Part shown: positions 18,144 through 27,163 of the stretch, in pieces
How the letters are laid out: the number at the start of each line of letters is the position of its first letter
Numbering within the stretch: position 1 is the stretch's first letter
Origin: a bacterium
GTDB lineage: Bacteria > Lindowbacteria > 2-12-FULL-62-27
DNA: 64,000 nt
Assembly (NCBI GenBank): GCA_016202645.1
Contig: JACQOF010000003.1
Coordinates: 27,375 to 91,374 of the forward strand
Direction: 5' to 3'
The notes under the pieces: generated by a model
What the model was told of the DNA's origin: nothing
Databases searched by the model: none
What the model saw: the letters and a program-made list of their open reading frames with translations, nothing else
Made by a program: the position numbers and the translations under genes

Positions 18144-19673
18144 ATGCGGGTTGCAGGGGGGTTTTCGGCGCTGTGCCTCTCCATATTATATATAGGCCTT
18201 CCGGGGGCCTCGGACGCCTCCCAGTTCAGGTTGGTGAATGAGGAACTCGGGATTGTGGATCACCACATGGGGATGAGTGTGACGTGGGGCGACTACGACG
18301 GGAACGGGTACCCGGAATTCTTCATCAACGGATACCGCCGCCATCCCGAGATTCTCTACCGGAACCTTGGGCCTGACGGGTTCCGCCGCGCCGACACCGA
18401 GGCGGGGGTGTTCGGGTGGAAGGACAGAAACAGGGCGCCTGAATCGGGGTTCGGATCGGGCTGGGCCGACTACGACAACGACGGAGACTTGGATCTTCTG
18501 GTGGTCAACACGGACGGCCAGGTCAGTTTCCTGTACCGTAGTGACGGTCCGAACGAATCCGGCATGATGACGTTCAAGGACGTTGCCGCCGCTTCGGGCT
18601 TTGGCGCTCCAAGCAACGCCGTCGGCTGTGCGTGGGCCGATTACGACGGCGACGGATACTTGGACGTTTTCCTCAGCAACGGCGCGGGCCTGCCGGATCT
18701 CCTCTACCGCAATCTCGGCAACGGGACTTTTCAAAACGTTTCCAAACGTGCCGGCATCGCCGACACCGCGAGCGGCGCGGGCGTGGCCTGGGGCGACTAC
18801 GACAACGACGGCGATCTGGATCTTTTCGTGAATAATTCCTCCACCCATCCCAAATTTCTCTACCGCAACAACGGCAACGGCACGTTCACAGACGTCGCTT
18901 TCGAAGCGGGCGTTGCCCAGCCTTCCGACGGCCAGGGCTGTGCCTGGTCCGACCACGACAATGACGGCGATCTCGACCTCTACGTCTCCAACTACGGCGG
19001 GGCCCAGGATTTTTTCTACAGGAACAACGGCGACGGAATGTTCACCCAGACCGCCGAAAAGGTGGGGCTGAAAAGTTCCGCCAAAAGCCGCGGCGCCGCG
19101 TGGGGTGACATCGACAACGACGGAGATTTTGATCTTCTGGTCGGCGTCGACTGGGGCATGGCCGACATGCTCTTCGTGAATTACGACGGCGGAAAGTTCG
19201 TCGACCTCGGCGTCCCGCTCGGCATGGTCGGCGGATGGACCATCAGCACGAGTTTTGCGGACTATGATATGGATGGCCGCATGGACATTTATGTGTCGAC
19301 CCAGGTGAGTCACGTCGATTTGATCTACCACAACGAGGACACCCGGGGACTGAACTGGATCAAGGTCAATCCCCTGACGGCCGGGCCGCGGGATCTGCCG
19401 AAGGAACAGAAGACGGACCCGCCGATGCGGCTGGCGATCGGCGCGTGGGTGGAAGTGGACATGGACGGCGGCGCGGACTTCGCCAAAGGCCCCGGCCGAT
19501 ACGCCGCTCAGATCGTCGGCGCGGGCGACGGGTATGCTTCGAATGCCCTCCCGGTTCATTTCGGGGTTCGCCGCGCCAAAACGGTGGATGTGCGCGTGCG
19601 GTACCCGACGGGTCAAGTCATCACGCAAAAAAATATCCCGGTGAATCAGGTCCTGGTCGTCAAGGATCGTTAG
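18144..19673 (+). CDS. secreted FG-GAP/VCBS-repeat protein with ASPIC/UnbV-like C-terminal domain
   Basis: Signal peptide followed by seven repeats of the pattern GDYDNDGDLDL...YRN. The C-terminal domain is typical of the CRTAC1/ASPIC family. Confidence 0.75.
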   Translation: MRVAGGFSALCLSILYIGLPGASDASQFRLVNEELGIVDHHMGMSVTWGDYDGNGYPEFFINGYRRHPEILYRNLGPDGFRRADTEAGVFGWKDRNRAPESGFGSGWADYDNDGDLDLLVVNTDGQVSFLYRSDGPNESGMMTFKDVAAASGFGAPSNAVGCAWADYDGDGYLDVFLSNGAGLPDLLYRNLGNGTFQNVSKRAGIADTASGAGVAWGDYDNDGDLDLFVNNSSTHPKFLYRNNGNGTFTDVAFEAGVAQPSDGQGCAWSDHDNDGDLDLYVSNYGGAQDFFYRNNGDGMFTQTAEKVGLKSSAKSRGAAWGDIDNDGDFDLLVGVDWGMADMLFVNYDGGKFVDLGVPLGMVGGWTISTSFADYDMDGRMDIYVSTQVSHVDLIYHNEDTRGLNWIKVNPLTAGPRDLPKEQKTDPPMRLAIGAWVEVDMDGGADFAKGPGRYAAQIVGAGDGYASNALPVHFGVRRAKTVDVRVRYPTGQVITQKNIPVNQVLVVKDR

Positions 19674-19676
19674 CCC

Positions 19677-20687
19677 ATGTCAACCTTCCCCACAATGCGC
19701 CTTCGCCGACTGCGTTCCTCAGCCCCGATCCGCCGGCTTGTCCGTGAGACCCGTCTTCATGCGGCGGAACTGATCTACCCGCTCTTTGTCCGGGCCGGCC
19801 GGTCCGTCCGGGAACCGATTCCGTCCATGCCCGGGCAATTTCGATATTCCCCAGATACCATCGTCCGTGAATGCGAGCGTGCTCTAAAGGCCGGCGTGCA
19901 TGCGGTCCTCCTGTTTGGTATTCCCTCCTCCAAAGATGCCTTGGGCAAATCCGGTACGGATCCGAAGGGCGTGGTGCCGCAGGCGGTCCGGGCGATCAAG
20001 CGCGCGCTTCCGGAACTGGTCGTGATCACGGATGTGTGTCTGTGCGAGTATACGGATCATGGTCATTGCGGATTGGTGAGGGAGAAAGGGAGAAAGGGAG
20101 AGAGGGAGAAAGTCAAAACCGTGGACAATGATGCGACACTCCCGCTCCTGGCGAAAATGTCGCTCGTTCATGCCGAGTCCGGCGCGGACATCATCGCGCC
20201 GTCGGACATGATGGACGGGCGGGTGGGGGCGATTCGTTCAGCCTTGGACAAACGTGGATTCGATCAGACGCCAATTCTTTCCTACGCGGCCAAATACGCA
20301 AGCGCCTTTTACGGGCCATTCCGGGACGCGGCCGGCAGTACGCCGAAATTCGGCGACCGCGCGGGATACCAGATGGACCCGCCGAATGTTCGGGAGGCGC
20401 TTCGGGAGATCGAGATGGACCTTTCGGAAGGCGCCGACGCGGTGATGGTGAAGCCCGCGCTGGCGTATCTGGACGTCATCCGCGCCGCCCGTTCCAAATT
20501 CGACGTTCCGATCGCGGCCTACAATGTCAGCGGCGAATACAGTCTCGTGAAAGCGGCCGCCGTGAAGGGGTGGATCGACGAGCGCCGGGCGGCGCTGGAA
20601 ATTCTGACCGCCATCAAGCGCGCCGGGGCGGATTTGATCCTGACCTATTGGGCCATCGACGCCGCCCGCTGGATCGCCTCGGATTGA
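19677..20687 (+). CDS. hemB: porphobilinogen synthase (delta-aminolevulinate dehydratase)
   Basis: Zn-site motif DVCLCEYTDHGHCG, the conserved DNDATL, active-site Lys regions and the C-terminal TYWA motif are all present. An 11-aa low-complexity insertion is described in the findings. Confidence 0.95.
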   Translation: MSTFPTMRLRRLRSSAPIRRLVRETRLHAAELIYPLFVRAGRSVREPIPSMPGQFRYSPDTIVRECERALKAGVHAVLLFGIPSSKDALGKSGTDPKGVVPQAVRAIKRALPELVVITDVCLCEYTDHGHCGLVREKGRKGEREKVKTVDNDATLPLLAKMSLVHAESGADIIAPSDMMDGRVGAIRSALDKRGFDQTPILSYAAKYASAFYGPFRDAAGSTPKFGDRAGYQMDPPNVREALREIEMDLSEGADAVMVKPALAYLDVIRAARSKFDVPIAAYNVSGEYSLVKAAAVKGWIDERRAALEILTAIKRAGADLILTYWAIDAARWIASD

Positions 20688-20732
20688 CTCCCGCCGATTC
20701 GTTATAGATAATTTCCGTTGAGGTGATGAGAC

Positions 20733-20987
20733 ATGCCGATCTATGAATTCAACTGTCCGTCCTGCCGGAAACCGTTCCAGAAACTGCTGCCCAGCATGTC
20801 CTGGAAGGGCGTTGTCTGCCCGGCCTGCGGCAGTGACAAAGTCGAGAAGAAGCTTTCGCGGTTCGCGGTTGTCGGCGGAGAAGACTCGGGGGACTCTGAT
20901 TTCGGAAGCGGCGATTCCGACGCCGACGGGGACGCGGCCTGTTCCGGAGATCCGTCGGACTGTTCGCGCTGTGATCTTGACGATTAA
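20733..20987 (+). CDS. FmdB-family zinc-ribbon protein with acidic tail
   Basis: N-terminal YEFNCPSC...CPACGS zinc ribbon with a good RBS (GAGGTGATGAGAC-ATG). The C-terminal half is rich in D, S and G. Confidence 0.6.
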   Translation: MPIYEFNCPSCRKPFQKLLPSMSWKGVVCPACGSDKVEKKLSRFAVVGGEDSGDSDFGSGDSDADGDAACSGDPSDCSRCDLDD

Positions 20988-21008
20988 TCACCAGGGAAGG
21001 GGGACCGA

Positions 21009-21227
21009 ATGGCCGTCATAGACGATCTGAACAGTTCCGACGATTACATGCGCAGTACGGCGGCTTCCTACCGCTGCGAGGAATGCGGCTACAAGTGGAA
21101 GGTCAAGGAATCGGGGATGGATGATGAGGCAGACGAGTTGAGCGACACGGTCTCCTACGACGCCAACGACGACGTCGAGCCTTCCAGCTGTCCCCTGTGC
21201 GGCTGTTCGGACATTTTGACGCTCTGA
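21009..21227 (+). CDS. small acidic zinc-ribbon protein
   Basis: Contains a CEECGYKWKV...CPLCGC zinc ribbon and an acidic central region. It lies in tandem with the FmdB-like gene. Confidence 0.5.
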   Translation: MAVIDDLNSSDDYMRSTAASYRCEECGYKWKVKESGMDDEADELSDTVSYDANDDVEPSSCPLCGCSDILTL

Positions 21228-21273
21228 TCCCGCCCTTGACCGCCGCGCGCCGCGTGCCTCCCGCCAACTAACC

Positions 21274-22407
21274 ATGCGCAACGTCTACATCCGCGGCGTC
21301 GGGATGACGAAATTCGGCCCGACACAGTCCCGGCTGGAGGAAATGATGTACGAAGCCGCAGTGCAGGCGATGTCGGACGCCGCCGTGGAGGACGTCGACG
21401 CGGTCGTGGTCGGCGCCATGAGCCCGGAGTCCTTCACGGGTGAAAGCAATATTTCCGCCTTCATCACCGATTACCTGGGCCTTGTTCCCAAGCCGACCAT
21501 CCGCATCGAAACGGCCTCCTCGACCGGCGCCGCGATTTTCGACGGCGCGTTTTTTGCGCTCGCCAGCGGATTCTTCCGGAACATCCTGGTTCTCGCCGGC
21601 GAGAAGATGACGACCCTCGGCACGGCCGCCGCCACCCGGATCCTTTCCGAAGTCCTGTCCCCCCAGGAACGCCGCCAGGGCGGGACGATGCCGGCGCTTG
21701 CGGCGCTGGTTTGCCGGGCCTACATGCACGCCAGCGGCTGTCCGCGCGAGGCGTTAACGTATGTCGCGGTCAAAAATCACCGGAACGCCGTTAAAAATCC
21801 CTACGCCCATTTCCAGTTCCCGGTCGACGCCGCCCGGGTCGAGACAAGCAAAGTCATCGCCGACCCCCTGCGGCTCTATGACTGCAGTCCCATGTCGGAC
21901 GGCGCCGCCGCGATGGTGATGACCACCGACAAAACGCCGATCCGCGTGGCCGGCATCGGCCACGGCACGGATTATGTTTCTCTGGCCCAGCGGGAGAGCC
22001 TGACCAGTTTTTCCTCCACGCGGGTCGCGGCCCAGAAGGCTTTCAAACTGGCCGAGATCAAGCCCTCGAAAATCGACATCGCCGAAATCCACGACGCTTT
22101 CACGCCTTTCGAACTGATCGGCTGCGAAGACGTCGGGTTTTTCGATCCGGGAACCAGCTGGAAAGAAATTCTGAAGGGTGAAACCGCCCTTGACGGACCT
22201 CTGCCCGTGAATCCGTCCGGCGGCCTCAAGGCCCGCGGCCATCCGGTCGGGGCTTCCGGCCTGGCGCAGATCATTGAAATCGTGTGGCAGCTGCGCGGCC
22301 ATGCCGGCGCGCGCCAAGTCGGGAAACCTTTGAGGTACGGCCTCACGCAGAGCGTCGGCGGCATGGCGACCAGCAACATCGTGACCATTCTGGAGAAAAC
22401 CGGATGA
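21274..22407 (+). CDS. thiolase-domain protein (archaeal-type / SCP-x-like acetyl-CoA acyltransferase)
   Basis: Thiolase-like fold, with the catalytic Cys region near IETASSTGAA and a C-terminal GHPVGASGLAQ motif. It is followed by a DUF35 partner gene overlapping by ATGA. Confidence 0.8.
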   Translation: MRNVYIRGVGMTKFGPTQSRLEEMMYEAAVQAMSDAAVEDVDAVVVGAMSPESFTGESNISAFITDYLGLVPKPTIRIETASSTGAAIFDGAFFALASGFFRNILVLAGEKMTTLGTAAATRILSEVLSPQERRQGGTMPALAALVCRAYMHASGCPREALTYVAVKNHRNAVKNPYAHFQFPVDAARVETSKVIADPLRLYDCSPMSDGAAAMVMTTDKTPIRVAGIGHGTDYVSLAQRESLTSFSSTRVAAQKAFKLAEIKPSKIDIAEIHDAFTPFELIGCEDVGFFDPGTSWKEILKGETALDGPLPVNPSGGLKARGHPVGASGLAQIIEIVWQLRGHAGARQVGKPLRYGLTQSVGGMATSNIVTILEKTG

Positions 22408-22778
22408 GTCCCGAACTGACCCCGGGTCCGGGCGCGGGCGGCTCCCTCGAAACGCGCCTTGAGGCTTCCATCTGCGGAAAATGCCACAAGCAATATGTCC
22501 CGGTCCGGGCCTACTGCTCGGCCTGCCGTGGCCGGACGGAGCGGATCTACGTGGAGGGCCGCGGAAAACTGAAAACCTTCACCACGCTTTTCGTCACGCC
22601 CGACGGATTCACGCCACCGCTCGTGCTGGGCATTTGTGAGCTGGACAGCGGCACGCGAGTCCTCGGGGAGATCCTGGATTACCGCCTGAAGGAAAGTCTC
22701 GAGATCGACGAAGGGGTGATCGTGTCGGAAAAAGACGGCAAGTATCTCTTCCGCTTGGAGCGGGGTCTTTCCGCGTGA
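22404..22778 (+). CDS. DUF35 OB-fold/zinc-ribbon acyl-CoA-associated protein (thiolase partner)
   Basis: Has a CGKCH...CSAC rubredoxin-like zinc ribbon followed by an OB-fold-like segment. The thiolase/DUF35 pairing is a conserved gene pair. Confidence 0.7.
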   Translation: MSPELTPGPGAGGSLETRLEASICGKCHKQYVPVRAYCSACRGRTERIYVEGRGKLKTFTTLFVTPDGFTPPLVLGICELDSGTRVLGEILDYRLKESLEIDEGVIVSEKDGKYLFRLERGLSA

Positions 22779-23188
22779 CGTTCCGGGCAGGCCTTGCCGC
22801 GCTGATGATGTTCGCCGTTGCCTGCGGCCCGGCCGTGGAAACGCCGGAGCCGCGCGAGCTGGTTCTGCACGCGCGCACCGTGGACGGCCTGAAGATCGGC
22901 GCGCCGGTGTATCGGATCGTCAGTCAAGGAGACGATGCGCCTGTGGAAATCGGCCAAGTTGTTCGGCTCAGTTCCCGGCTCGATCAGGTCGAAGTGACAA
23001 TTCGAATCGTGTCTCCCATACAGGTGTTCCGGGCGACCCGATTTGAACTCGCGCGGGATGAGGATTCCCGCCGCATCGTCCTCCTGCGTGAAACGGACCC
23101 GCCCGGACTTCCCGTCAACGCCGGTGAAAAAATCCCGCTCGAAGTCCCGCCGGAAACCTTGGAGGACCGTCTTTGGGTCGCGCGCTGA
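22775..23188 (+). CDS. hypothetical lipoprotein
   Basis: GTG start overlapping the upstream stop. Lipobox-like signal AVAC-G. No recognised domain. Confidence 0.4.
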   Translation: MTFRAGLAALMMFAVACGPAVETPEPRELVLHARTVDGLKIGAPVYRIVSQGDDAPVEIGQVVRLSSRLDQVEVTIRIVSPIQVFRATRFELARDEDSRRIVLLRETDPPGLPVNAGEKIPLEVPPETLEDRLWVAR

Positions 23189-26019
23189 CGATCCTCGCCG
23201 CCGGCGCGGTTTCTCTCATCCTGTTTGTATTTCCAGCGTCCGGGGTTTCATCCCCCGGCGACGCCGCCCGCCCGCTTTCCCGGCTGGTCCGCGAGCTGAT
23301 CGCGGCGCCGGATTCTCCGGTTCTGCATTTTGAGCTGGGGGAAGCATATTTCCGCGGCGGCGTTCTACCCCAGGCGGAAAAAGAATATCTGGCGGCTCTG
23401 CGGCTCGGTGGCGCATCTCTCGGACCTGGTCCGCTGAAATCCTATCTCCGCGCCGTGCGGTCCCAGAGGTCGTTGTCCGCCGAGGAGGCCCGCCTGATGG
23501 ACCTGCACCGGATGACCCCGCAAGATCCGGAGGCCGCGCTCTGGCTGATCGACGTGCATTTGGAAAAAGGCGATGCCGCCGCCGCGCGGGCGCTGCTCAA
23601 CGCTTTTCCCCAGTTCCGCCGCAACGAGGACATTCTCTCCAAATGGGTTGGTGTTTCGGGCGCAAGGCCTCCGCCCGGCGCGTCCGACCAGCCGGCCATC
23701 GATGAGCGCTTCACGGACCTGACAACCCTTCTTCAAGTGGGCAGTCCGGCCCATCAGACCGGAGCGGCCCGGCAGATCATGGGTCTTGCGGCGACGAGCG
23801 CGCCGGCGGTCCTTGCCCCGGCGCACCGCCGCGCTGTGCAGACATCCTTCGACATTCTCAAAACCGTCCTGGCCGAGACCGAGCAGTATCAACTTCACCA
23901 GGATTATCTGGATGTCCTCGAACTCTGGAAGTCCTCCTCGCAAGCTCTTGATGTCATGTCGGTCATGCGCCGGAAATTTCCGGCGCTCGCGTCCGATCCG
24001 GAATTTCTATATCGGCTGGCCCGGATGCAATCCGCGGCCGGCAAGCCCGTTGATGCGCTGACTTCCGTTCAGGAATCTTTCCGGCGCGGCCTCGATCTCG
24101 CGACGGCGCGTCTGTTTCTGGCTGATCTTTTGGACCGGAAGGGATCCGTCGCCGAAGCCATTGAAGAATACGTGAAATCTCTGGAGGGATTGATGCCGGC
24201 CCCCGACCGCATCCACGCAATGACCCGGATCGAAAAATGGCTTCCATCCGCCGCGGCGGCTTCCGTGACTCTCCTTGAACGGATCGCCCGCGTGATGCCG
24301 CAATCGGTCTCGGCGCAAGTTCTGCTGGCATCGCGGCTGGAGTCCTCCGGCAAAATCGAGGAATCTTACGGCCTGTATCTGGCGGCATTCAAGCTCGACC
24401 CGCAATCTCCGACCGTCCTGGCCGGTCTGGCGCGGACGCTGATTCGGATGGAACGGTGGTACGAGGCGGATGAGACTCTTCGGAAAATGGGCGCGGACCC
24501 GATTCTCGCTCTCTGGGGCCGCGCGCCCGTCTACGTCGTCGGCAGGCGGCTTTTCGAACTCGGAGAAACCGCGACGGTCCGTCGAACCATCGACGCCGCC
24601 CAGGCGGGAAGGGGATCTCCCGGAGGAGAAATGACCGCAGATCAGATTGCGCTGGCCGCGGACCTGGCTTTGTCGGACCGCCGGATGTCCGATGTGATCC
24701 GGCTGTATTTGCGATTGAAGCGGTTCCGGCCGCTCCATCAGGAGGAAACTCACAAACTCATTTTCGCACAGCGGAAATTTTCCGCTTCTCTTAAAAAGGA
24801 GGACCGCATTCCGGAGGAAGTCCCTCCCGTGCCCGCGCCTCCGCCGGGCGCCGTCGAAGAACAGCTGTCATGGATCCGGGCGAATATTGCTTCCGGCGAT
24901 TTTTCATCCGCCGCGCGAATGTTGGAAATCCTGGAATCCGTTCTGTCCGCCGGCCCCGGCCCGGTCGTTCCGGAGGCGAATTCGCTCCTGGGCCGGATAG
25001 AACTGGCTCTGGGCAACAAATCCGCCGCGCGGGCCGCCTTCGGCCGCGCTCTCGCCCAAAATCCGCGGGATGCGGCGGCCGCGCTTGGTCTTGCCGGATT
25101 GCTCCGGGACGAAAAGGATCCCGCCGGCGCCGTTCAGATCCTGTCGGATCTCGAACCGAAACCTTCAAACGTCATGCGAGCGCTCTCAGACCTGTATGCG
25201 TCGCTTGGCCAGTGGGGGATGGCGGCGGCCTGGCAGGAAAAATCGGCCGGCGACCGTTCCGACAAGATCCGTGCGGCGTGGTACTGGTTCCGGGCGGGCC
25301 AGTACGAGGAAGCATCCCGGTTTGTCCCGCCGGGCGGTCTCTTTGAGGCCGTTCTCGAAGCGGAATCCGGACGGCCGGAAAAACTGGAGCGGCGAAGCGA
25401 AACCCTTCTGAAAAAAATCGTGGGAGAGCCTCTTCGTCCGGAAGGCGGTAAGGACCGCCCGATGGACCGCTGGACTCGCTCAGTTCTTGACGCCGCGAGA
25501 TCGCGTCTGGAATCCGGGGACCTGGAGGCCGCGGTGGGACTCTGCGATTCCATTCTACGCCGAATTGCGCACCCGGAGGGATTGTATCTCAAGGCAGTCG
25601 CGTTCCTGCGTCTTGGATTTTATGACGAAGCCGAGATCGCGCTCGATCGGGTGACGGCGGACACCGCATGGAGTGTGTCGGCGCATCTCCGGCTTGGCCA
25701 GCTGGAACTCATCCGCGGCCGGCCGGCCGAGGCGCTCCGGCATCTGGACCGCGCGGGTCCCGGCACGGACCCGGGCGAACTCATCCTGGCCTGGGGGATG
25801 GCCCTCGCGCGGACGAAATCTCCCGAGCAGGGGGAACAAATACTCCGGCAGGCCGCCCGCCGGGGCGACCGCGGAAAATTTTTCCTCGCGCGTTTTCTGG
25901 AGGAACAGGGCCGCTCACAGGAATCCCGGGACCTCTACGCCGCAATCGTTACCCCGCCCTACCGGGATTTCTCCCGGGAGCGCCGGGAAAAACTTGACAA
26001 GCCTCCGGGGCTTCGTTAG
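23173..26019 (+). CDS. large TPR-repeat protein (948 aa), secreted or membrane-anchored
   Basis: N-terminal hydrophobic segment followed by many TPR-like helical repeats with the recurring pattern A..Y..A...P. Confidence 0.55.
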   Translation: MGRALTILAAGAVSLILFVFPASGVSSPGDAARPLSRLVRELIAAPDSPVLHFELGEAYFRGGVLPQAEKEYLAALRLGGASLGPGPLKSYLRAVRSQRSLSAEEARLMDLHRMTPQDPEAALWLIDVHLEKGDAAAARALLNAFPQFRRNEDILSKWVGVSGARPPPGASDQPAIDERFTDLTTLLQVGSPAHQTGAARQIMGLAATSAPAVLAPAHRRAVQTSFDILKTVLAETEQYQLHQDYLDVLELWKSSSQALDVMSVMRRKFPALASDPEFLYRLARMQSAAGKPVDALTSVQESFRRGLDLATARLFLADLLDRKGSVAEAIEEYVKSLEGLMPAPDRIHAMTRIEKWLPSAAAASVTLLERIARVMPQSVSAQVLLASRLESSGKIEESYGLYLAAFKLDPQSPTVLAGLARTLIRMERWYEADETLRKMGADPILALWGRAPVYVVGRRLFELGETATVRRTIDAAQAGRGSPGGEMTADQIALAADLALSDRRMSDVIRLYLRLKRFRPLHQEETHKLIFAQRKFSASLKKEDRIPEEVPPVPAPPPGAVEEQLSWIRANIASGDFSSAARMLEILESVLSAGPGPVVPEANSLLGRIELALGNKSAARAAFGRALAQNPRDAAAALGLAGLLRDEKDPAGAVQILSDLEPKPSNVMRALSDLYASLGQWGMAAAWQEKSAGDRSDKIRAAWYWFRAGQYEEASRFVPPGGLFEAVLEAESGRPEKLERRSETLLKKIVGEPLRPEGGKDRPMDRWTRSVLDAARSRLESGDLEAAVGLCDSILRRIAHPEGLYLKAVAFLRLGFYDEAEIALDRVTADTAWSVSAHLRLGQLELIRGRPAEALRHLDRAGPGTDPGELILAWGMALARTKSPEQGEQILRQAARRGDRGKFFLARFLEEQGRSQESRDLYAAIVTPPYRDFSRERREKLDKPPGLR

Positions 26020-26030
26020 AATGCCCGCGC

Positions 26031-27023
26031 ATGGTGAGTAATGTTCGTGCTGGACCTATGTCGAGGCTCCTGACCGGGATCATTCCGATTCTGTTTTTCA
26101 GCGGATCAGCCTATGCGGAAATGTTCGTGGCCGATTTCAACGGCGACGGCAAACCCGACGTCATCATGACGTCGGCCGCCTCTCCGGAAGGTTTCGTTGT
26201 GTTGCTCAATCAGGGCGAATGGGACGGTAAAGTGACGTTCCGCAAGACCTGGCCTGAGGTGAAATCCTCCGACGCCAGCCCGGCCTTTTCCGGCCACATG
26301 CCTGCTCCCGCCGCCATGCCAACCGCTTCATGGCCGTCGGCCTCGACGCCGACTTCCGCGCCGGCTTGGACTCCGCCGCCCGCGCCGACTTCCGCGCCGG
26401 CCTGGACGCCGCCGCCCGCGCCGACTTCCGCGCCGGCTTGGACTCCGCCGCCGGCGGCGCCGCCACCCGCCAAGCCGTCCATCGCGCCGCCTCCGTCGCC
26501 GACATTGGCCGGCTCGTCGCCGAAGCTGAAGTCCCCCGGCCTGATGTCCCGATCCGGTTCGGCCTCAAAAGCCGAGTGGACGCCTCCGGCCCAGACTCCG
26601 CCGGCCACTCCGGCCGCTACGGCCGCTCCGCCTGCTTCAAACTGGGTTCCCGGCGGGCGCCGGGTGGCACTGTTCAATTACAAGGACAAGACCGCCGGCG
26701 GGCAATTTGCGTGGCTGGAGCGCGGCATCGCGAACATTCTAAAATTCGACGTCATTGAAGTCAAAAGTATTCAGCTCGTCGACCGGGAACAGACCGACGT
26801 CACGTTCGATCCGGCCTGGTACCGGGACCGGGGCCTGACCGCCGATCTTATCATCACGGGCGAATTCAGCGAGGCCGGGCCTCAGCTCAAAGTCACCACT
26901 TGGTTTCTTTCCCCGACGATGGCGTCGGTCGGCCAATTCGAGATCGAGGGCGACCGCGCCGATATTTTTTCGTTGATCGAAAAAGTCGGGTTGCGGCTCA
27001 AGCAGGAATTATCCTCCCTCTAA
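26031..27023 (+). CDS. secreted protein with FG-GAP-like N-terminal motif, Pro/Thr/Ala-rich tandem-repeat linker and C-terminal globular domain
   Basis: The real start is probably the second Met (MSRLLTGIIPILFFSGSAYA signal peptide). The FG-GAP-like motif is DFNGDGKPDV. Three tandem TSAPAWTPPPAP repeats form the linker. Confidence 0.55.
   Translation: MVSNVRAGPMSRLLTGIIPILFFSGSAYAEMFVADFNGDGKPDVIMTSAASPEGFVVLLNQGEWDGKVTFRKTWPEVKSSDASPAFSGHMPAPAAMPTASWPSASTPTSAPAWTPPPAPTSAPAWTPPPAPTSAPAWTPPPAAPPPAKPSIAPPPSPTLAGSSPKLKSPGLMSRSGSASKAEWTPPAQTPPATPAATAAPPASNWVPGGRRVALFNYKDKTAGGQFAWLERGIANILKFDVIEVKSIQLVDREQTDVTFDPAWYRDRGLTADLIITGEFSEAGPQLKVTTWFLSPTMASVGQFEIEGDRADIFSLIEKVGLRLKQELSSL
26351..26458 (+). 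repeat. 36-bp tandem repeat x3 (coding, PT-rich linker)
   Basis: Unit GACTTCCGCGCCGGCTTGGACTCCGCCGCCCGCGCC repeats three times with 2-4 substitutions per copy. Confidence 0.9.
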
Positions 27024-27048
27024 GTCAGTGTTGCCATACAGCCTTCTT

Positions 27049-27079
27049 CGTCATTCCCGCGAAAGCGGGAATCCAGTCT
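27049..27079. repeat. REP-like palindromic element, copy 1 (CGTCATTCCCGCGAAAGCGGGAATCCAGTCT)
   Basis: Identical 31-mer to 31139-31169. Contains the hairpin TTCCCGC-GAAA-GCGGGAA. A second hairpin, ATGCCCGCATTCGCGGGCAT, follows at 27098-27117. Confidence 0.8.
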
Positions 27080-27163
27080 TTTGCCGATGGGTCTGGATGC
27101 CCGCATTCGCGGGCATGACGGCCTGAACAGCTGCAAGTCTCCGATACAGCCGGAAATCCTGTT

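Noticed and set aside
20076-20113. Considered whether the GGGAGA-type purine repeat in hemB is a CRISPR-like or IS-derived element
   Set aside because: It is a single short simple-sequence tract kept in frame inside a conserved gene. It has no spacer and repeat periodicity and no flanking cas or transposase genes.
26106-26936. Short alternative-frame ORFs (26206-26568, 26210-26677, 26330-26758) overlapping the PT-rich repeat region
   Set aside because: These are artefacts of the GC-rich tandem repeat, which is open in several frames. The plus-strand frame with a signal peptide and a coherent domain structure is preferred.
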